A stretch of DNA of 64,000 bases from Eledone cirrhosa (Eukaryota), in NCBI GenBank assembly GCA_964016885.1, contig OZ024745.1, positions 67,518,001 through 67,582,000 of the forward strand, written 5' to 3'. Positions 46,401 to 55,400 of the stretch are shown in pieces; the stretch's first letter is position 1, and every line of letters starts with the position of its first letter. The position numbers were made by a program, and so were the translations under genes. The notes below the pieces were generated by a model. The model searched no databases and was not told where the DNA came from. It saw only the letters and a list, made by a program, of their open reading frames with translations.

Positions 46401-49400
46401 AGAACGAACCATATCAAGTGCAATATTGGTAAGTCAGGGAATTCACCACTTTGTAGGCTGTGTGGTCATCATCATCATATCTTGTTGCGTCAGTGCCGTA
46501 TCCATTGAAGTGCAGCGTCGTTTGCTTCCATCAGGTCTTGATCAGAGCATGTGGATCCCAGTGAGCACCCACAGAGGATGTGGGCTATGGTCTGGGAGGT
46601 CTCACCACAGGGGCACTCAGCGCATGTGGCCAATCCCCACTTGTGGAGGTTGTCTCCAGTTTTTCCCATATTGGGTCTGGCCATGTTTAGGGTTACCCAG
46701 TCCTTTCTGCTAAGACATGTTCCATTGGGGAGGCTTTTATTTGGGTTTGATAAGGCCACGTTGGGTGGGCGGCGGTCACTCTCCCTCCACTTTTCCAACC
46801 TGTAAGCTGCCGATTGTGCATGCTCCAGGCTATGCATGGTTAAGAAGCTTTTTCGAGATTTTAATCGTCTTCTTATTTCCTGGTGGCCACAGAGTGGATG
46901 CCTGGGATCGTGTTGTTGTTTGTACCGTTCAATTTTTGCGTTGACCTCTCGTCGTATGTGGGGCGGTGGAATGCCGGCAAGAGTGTATACGGCTGGAAGG
47001 GGAGTTGCTTTTAATGTTCCGGTGATTATCTGGCATGATTTGTTCAACTCTGGGTCAACTCGGTTTGCATGGCACGACCTTGCCCATACTGGTGAACAAT
47101 ATTCTGCGGTGGAGTAGCAGAGTGCCAATGCTGTTTGCCTCAGTGCTAAAGGATCTGCACCCCAGCTGGTGTTGGTTAGTTTGCTGAGGAGATTATTTCT
47201 AGTTCCCAGTTTACTTTTAAGTTTATCTATGTGTTGTTTGAAGGAGAGCATTCTATCAAGGGCAACTCCGAGGTAAACTGGATGAGGGTGGTTTTCCAGT
47301 TCACTGTTGCCCCATCTGATTTTTAGTTTCCTGTTTGCTTGGTGGTTGTTAAGATGGAAGGCACACACCTGCATTTTGCTGGCATTAGCGTTAAGGTACC
47401 ATTTTTTGTAGCATGCAGAGAGAGTTGTCAAGGCATTTGATAGTCTTTCCTCGATTGTGTCAAAGGAGCCTGACTGTGTTGCAATGCAGAGATCATCTGC
47501 ATATATGAATCTACGAATATTGTGGAATTGCGGCTGGTCATTTGTGTAAATGTTGAACAGCATAGGGGCTAGCAGAGAGCCCTGTGGGAGTCCGTTGTTC
47601 TGGACCCTCCACCTACTTCGCCTGCCATCCATCTCAGCAAAGAATCGCCGATTGATGAGCAGTGGTTTTCCGAACTGTTTGGGCCACCTTTAAAAGAAGT
47701 GCTCTGTGGTTCACGGAGTCATAGGCAGCTGTGAGGTCGACAAAGACTGCTCTGGTAATTTGTTTGGCCTCAAATCCATCCTCGATGTATTGAGTCAAGT
47801 TCAGTACTTTAACATGGAAGAGTTTAACATGGAAGAGCTGCATGCAGCTATGAAACACCTTAAACCCAGGAAGGCAACCGGCCTGGATGGCATCACAGTG
47901 GGGGTGATACTGCCCTTTGGAGAAATGGTGAAAACGTGGCTCCTGTCACTCTTTAACAACTGTGCATCAGTCTGTCAAATACCAAGGATATGGAGAAGAG
48001 CTAGAGTGGTGGCTCTCTTGAAGCCAGGCAAAGACCCGGCATCTCCAAAGCACTATCAACCAATATCCTTACTGTGCACCCTTTACAAACTATACGAGTG
48101 CATTTCATGGCTCGCTTGTCCCCTACTGTAAAAGAACAACTATCTCCAGACTAGGCTGGCTTCCGACCCGGCCGATCATGTTGCGGTCAAGTACTGAACC
48201 TGACTCATACATCGAGGCTGTGTGGTGAGAAAGCTGAAACAATAAATCACATTATTAGTGAATGTAAGATACTTGCTCAGAAAGGGTACAACAATGCCGG
48301 ACTGGTTCATTGGAAGCTCTAGCATAAGTATGGAGTTCTTCATAGTAAAATTTATGTTGTAGCATGAATCTAACAGATTAAGCTTTAAATTCTCTTAGGG
48401 ATTTCCATGTGTTGCATGATATGAATGAATACATCTATTCTAGTAACAAATTATAAGCATGGTGAATCTTTTCAAAATAGATATTTTTTTCATAAATGCA
48501 TGAATGAATGATAAAATAAATATATAATTATTATATTATTTCCATATCTACAAATCACATATAGATTTATCAACTGTTTTAAGCTGGTTTTTACATATAA
48601 AACAAGTAAAATTGCCTCTTACATTTGGTGACAAAACAAGATCTTTTTCACATCTGCATCCTTCATACTCATTATTGTAGAACATACACTTCTCAGGCCT
48701 TGATAAGGTTGCACATGTTTCCTGGCAACCAGTAGCATTCATTGACCAAATTTGATTCTTGGGACAAATAATTTCTTCTTTGGCCTGTTGGCAAATCCAT
48801 TTTCCTCGAGTACATATACTGTTAATTTCAAGAAGCTTATAATGTTATAACAATTACAGTATAATTGAGAACTTAAAGCTGCATATATATATTTATATCA
48901 CAAAATCCAATGAGCTTGCTTGCCAGCCAAAACATAGTAGGCTCTCCATTGGGAATTTACGCATTACCATTCAGACATATAAATATGTACGTACATACAT
49001 ATATGGTATACATACATACAAACATTCATAAATATGTACATACATCATACATAGATACATATGTACACATTTATATTCATATATGTATAGCATTTGAGAC
49101 ACTTACTGCTTTGTGAATATTTCATTAAATAAAGTTAAGGGGTCAGAAAGTAAACCTTCTCTTAATCCGATGAAATGTAACATTTACTCAATAGAAAACC
49201 TTTTTTAGAAAAATGCATTGAAATGATGATAAAATGATATGATATACTCCTTTCTAAGTATCTCTTTTTTTAGCCCTTCAGAAATGAAACTTTATTTGCA
49301 AATACACAGGTCAAAATACAAGATTTCTTTCAATGTACTCATATTTTTGGAGGTTTCTTGTTGTGTAGTTTCAGGTCAGCTCTGATAAAACAGAACTGAA

Positions 49401-52400
49401 GGCTAGTTGCCTAAACAGAGTCTAATGATGGAAAATATTTTCCACTGGAAGACAAGATAATCAGAAACTTGAATTAAGATTTAAGATCATATGGTATGTT
49501 CGTATTTGCTCCTGTAAAATCATGTTTTCTCTTCTCTATAATATTGTTTCTATTTTAGGCACAAGGCCAGCAATTACCCAGTACATTACTGGTACTTTAT
49601 TTTATCGACCCCGTAAGGATGAAAGGCAAAGTTAACCTTGGCGGGATTTCTCTATAATATTGACTTCTAATTTAGGCAAAAGATCAACACATTTTGAATG
49701 AAAGACAAAGTTGATAAATCAACCCTAGTATTTGACTAGTACTTTACTTTATCAATCCTGAAGGCTGAGAGGTAAAGTTAACCTTGGTAGGATTTGAACT
49801 CAAAACATGAAAAGCCAGAAAATACCACAATGTGGTATTTTATCCTACATTCTACTAATCCATCACCCTTATCTTCTCTTCTTTGTAATATTGCTATTTC
49901 TTTTAATAAAGTAAATATTTTGAAAGACCCCCACTTGCATCAAACTGGGCAACCTTAAAAAATGTAGTGTACAAGATCATAATATAGATTAATTTTTTGG
50001 TTTTTTTCCATCCTCCTACCATAACAATAAACAAAAGAAATTAGTTATGGTGGTGCCCCAGCATGGCCTCAGCATTTCGGCTGGAACACAAAAATAAAGT
50101 AATATCTGTATACACACAGAATACAAGTAACTGAGACTGCATAAATATGTATATAAATTTACACAATGAATGTGTAGACTTAACATAATTCTAAATTAGA
50201 AATAAAATACAAACTTTATAAGTAAACTATAGCATCTCAAGACATTATCATTTTATCATACTTTTCCTGTACATTATTTTGTTTTTTGTCCCTTTCAATT
50301 GCATTTAGCTATTCATCAATTTTCTAATCTTTAATATCCTCTTATAGACATTTCTATTTATCAACGATTTTCTCAGTCAACATTCATTCATACACATAGC
50401 AACTGAGATATCAAATAAAATTAAACAATATCAAAAATGAAAATTCTGCCAATCTTCAAAATTGAATGAGAAATCTGCCTACATCTTTTCTTTTTCTTAA
50501 TAATTTGAACATTAATTATCTTTAGCAAAAATGTGTTTAAATATATTTTAAATAATATGAGTTTGTTTGAAAGTTTATAAAACTGACTGAACATTTATTG
50601 GTGCTAGAGTCCAAACTGAACTACTCTAAATTATTTCCATCACATCTGAGAAATCTGAGTTCTTTGGCAGATTTTCAAAGTCATAATAATAATTATTTCT
50701 ACTTTTGACACAAGGCCAGCAATTATCCCAGTGTGTTACTGGTACTTTATTTTATCGACCCCATAAGGATGAAAGGCAAAGTTAACCCCGGCGGGATTTG
50801 AACTCAGATCATAAAGGGCCGTAACTCTTTGCTGCAAAGCATGGCGTCCGACCTTCTACCGATACTGCCAAATGAAAATTATTATGTACAGTGCTCAGGT
50901 GCACTACAACTCATTAAAGGTGCATGTATAGTACATAGAATAATGTACAAAAATCAGGAAAGGGAACAGTGTATGAGTCATGATATACACACAGGCACAC
51001 ACATACGTGTGCATGTGTATGGAGGAAGAATTTGTCTAGTTATCGATTCTTCTCTCATTCTCTAAAATCTCACTTACAAAGGTTTAGTATTTCTTTAATC
51101 TATTACTACAATAGTTTCTGCCACTATTACCTTATTAAAGGCATCGCAATATAAATTAAAATGTTTTTACTACCAATCTCAATAATTCTCTACTATGTTT
51201 ACAATTCTGCAAAGTTATACACATATATTAAGTACATACCTTTTTTCCTAGAATATCAGAATGAAACTGTTCTCTGCTCATATTTTTCTGCCTTTTACAA
51301 ACTTCTAAATCCTATAAAAGCACACTTAACCATATCAATCTCACTAAACTTCTGACCCCATAAACTTAAAAGGATTATATAAAATTACACTACTTTTAAA
51401 AATAACTGTTTTAAAATTATAACAAACTTACCAATCATCTCCCTTTCTACGCAAAGATGTACCAGCATCATAATGCAGCTGTGTGTATTTATCAAAGCAA
51501 GTACAATATTCTATTTTAACACATTTTTTCTGGTTATTAAGTAATTTTCCATCTGGACAACGGCAACCAAAGACACATTCTGATTCACAATCTGTTAGTT
51601 TCCGAGATAATTCATGGCAAGTTGTCTCACATAAGGACCCACATTCAGTATATATTTGCCCACTTCCAACAGGACACTCCAAAGCTGCAGATAAATAATG
51701 ATATCTAAAAATTGGGAATAATTTCATGTTAAACTATTTGAATTACATAAAACAGCAAAAAAATATGCTTACGGTGCTGAAACAACCAGGCATTCTCATG
51801 GGTATCACCTGACACTTCAGTAAGGTGAGCTGCCAACGATGACAAGAACTTTACTGTCAACAACCCAACTCCACCAGTGGTAGACCCCGAGCAAGATGGT
51901 TGGATAAAATGCATGAGCTCAGCTGGTCTTACTTGAGGATCCAGCAGGATCAATTGGAGATGGTTGCTTCTGGTAGGACCCACTGGAAGGAGTGTTTGAG
52001 GACTGTTGCTACGACACTCACAGGAATAAATGGGTGAAGAAGAAGAAGACTGCATTCTGATCATATGTTCCATTTTGACATGGTTTCTATGACTGGATGC
52101 CCTTCCTAACCACTTTACAGCATATACTGGGTGCATTTTATTGTCACCAAATCTACCACTTTACAAGGTGGACTGTATGCATTTAATCATGACACTAGCA
52201 CTACCTCTTTACAAGGTGGACTGGGTGCATTTTATTGTGTTATCAGAACACTTTACAAAGTTTACTGGGTGCATTTTAGATTGTATATATTGTCTATTTT
52301 CATGGTTGAACTCTAACAGCTCTACTTTCAATGTACTGTACACTTTTCATCTTTATTGTTGAGCAATTGTCACTATCTAATTGTATGTGCTTGCTTGTAT

Positions 52401-55400
52401 GCATAATTTTGTACCAAAAATAGAATATCTGTCTAGCTTTCTCTTTATCTCTCTTTTCTACAGTTGCTGTAGATTGTCTGCATTTACTGTCCAAAATGTG
52501 ACTGCCATAATGCATGTTAATATTTACACATACTTCATATAGCAAACACTTTTTGTAGAAGAAAATATCTATATAAAGTAGCAATACTTAGTAGAAAGTA
52601 TCTACAACTTCTGCAAAGCCCTTTCAGCAATTTATATATTTTAGTTTAATATTGGTTATGTTGGTTTCTATTTAAGTGCATTTAGTAGTGAATTTAATTC
52701 AATTCAAACAGACGGACAATTTCTCTAATAACTCCATACCAGTAAATAAGAAAGATGAAGGTTAATTCAGGCATATACTGTTTAACATCATGTAACAATT
52801 TCAAACTAAATAATGATGGTAAGAGAAAATAAGCTAAAAATAAAACCAACTCACGGCAAACATTATTTAAAGTAGAATTTTCACGCCAGTTAATAACAGC
52901 ACCATTATCAGCACAAGCTTTGGCATAAGCTTGAAGTGCAACGCACATTGCATTTGGATTAAATATTTCACTAACACACATATCTCGCATACACTGATCA
53001 TAATATTTTTGATAAGGAACAATTTCAAAGCATGTTTCAAATTGCTTGCTGAATGGAATATAAGAGCAGTATTCTTTAGCTTCATCTTCATTCTGAAATA
53101 TAAAATATGAAAATTTGTATAATTTTTCATTTAATTCTAAAACAAAAACACGTTTGTTAACTAAATCTTAACTATAATAAAGAAAGGAGTGCAGGAAAAT
53201 ATATTTTTTTACCCCATTTGTAAGATAAGTTGGATTACTTTGAATAAATAATGAATGAATATTACATAATTTATGTGCTAAATTTCGTGGCTGTTGATTA
53301 AATATATTTTATAGCTTATTTAAAGATTCACTTCTTTAAAATTTTCAAATGTCAACACTTCCGGTTAGCGGCCGTTATATTGTAACGCAAATATTTCCGT
53401 CGCTAATTTTCTCCTAATGCAGTTTATATATAATATAGTCTTTTTTTTAATGTATCATGGATTACTTTACTGATTACATAAGTCAGTGTAACAGACTTCG
53501 TTCAATTTCTGTGTATATTGTCAATTACGATTTTATTTGATGTATCATATCTACATGCATATATACTTGCTTATATCAATATACACACTACACATGCTAG
53601 CAGAAAACCACCCAAAGGGTGGTTTTTCTGCTAGTGTTTATAATATCTTTAGTAGTGGGCAGATATTTGTGAAAATTTACAATGAACTAAAGACTTAATT
53701 TTTAATGTGATTTAGTTATAGTTCTGTATCTTTCAAGATACAGGATGTTATGAGTCAAATGATACAATGATTTTTTTTTAGAATAGAAGTTTAAATAAAA
53801 GTTAAAATATTGTTTTAACTTTTAAAAAAAGGGAAAATTTTTATATTTATGTCAAAATTTTGATATATGTGTCAAATGGTCCAAATTTCATTGAAACACA
53901 ATTCCTTAATATTTTTTTTAATACAGAGACTACATTGTTCTATGTAAAGCATTTAATAACAAACTGGTTTAGTTCCAGTTTTAACATTCTATTATTGGCA
54001 TTATTATAACAATATAATAATGTAATAATATAATGAAATTTTTAAATATATTTACTTTTTCAAAGCTTCCATAATGCAGATATTCTATAAACTGTGTTTA
54101 GAATAGGTACAACATATCTCTGCATGTTGTAAGAAGTAACTAAAAGGGTTGGCACTATGAAGGCCATCCAGCTGTAAAAGCTTACCTCAAAAATGTATTA
54201 TTATTATAATTAATAAAAATAATGTATTATATATATATATACACACATATACATACATATATACATTTATGTACACACACATATTTACATTTATGTACAC
54301 ACACACACATATATATATATACATAACTCATTTCACTAGTTTACTCTTGTATTCAACATAGAAATAAGAGAATATCAACATTAAATACTAAAAGTAACAC
54401 AATTTAAATTTAAATTTAGAAAAGCAATAACTTACATTTATATTTACATCACAGGGTTCAGATTCTACATCATGTCTTTGTGGAGTGAAACAAGAAAAGG
54501 CAATATATTCTTCTGCAAATTTTGTTTTATGCACAAGCAAACCAGTCCGACTAACAAGTTCATTGTTGATATTAGAGTCAAAATTACCACAAAGACCTTC
54601 AACCTGCCATAAAAATTTAACATTATTAAGCAAATATTTTTTTTTTTAAGTTTCAAATCAGATTTAAAAAAATAAAAGTACAAATAAATCCTATTTAACT
54701 AAAAGGTTTAATGAAGACAAGTTTGTATTACAAATAAAATTTAAGATTACTAACCTATTTCCATCTCAAAATAATTCATGAAACGTTGCTTAAACATGAG
54801 AAATTTTAATTCTTATTTTTTGTTTAACTTGAGCCTATTTAAATTCAAATCCTTTTTTTATATATATATATAAAAATGTTAATGAAAAATGTAAATAATA
54901 ATTAAATTAAACAAGGCAATACATAAAAGTAATTTATGTATGAAATAAAATTGCAAAAAAGATTTTATTTCATTCACAGTAACAACTTATTTAAGGTATA
55001 AGCTTATTTAAATAAAAGGATGTTGTGGTTTGCTTGAAGCAAAAGTGTTACTGTATAAAGTATATTATTTGATGGCTACAACAATGCAAAATGAAAGGCA
55101 ATGAAGATGTTAGTTTGTCACATATACAAAACAAATAATTTTCATTAACAGTTTTTATAACAAAAATTATTTCTTACCGAAGTCCGATAATTTGGGCTCA
55201 AGGTGATATAAGTTTGGGCCCCAGGATTATGTAAAATACGAAAATCAGGTCCATCTACCACATAAAACAATGAAGATGCTCGTTTTATAATAACATCTTT
55301 ACTGAAAAAATTGTTATCTGATCTATAGTTGTCATTGACGAAAAATCCTTTTTTAGTGATTTTAGCATAAAGGTTTGCAGTTTCAATTTTTATGCCAATT

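Noticed and set aside
46490-47632. Functional RT gene or retron/DGR-type system acting on the array
   Set aside because: Truncated, frameshifted, TSD-flanked LINE copy; array variation shows no adenine-specific pattern.
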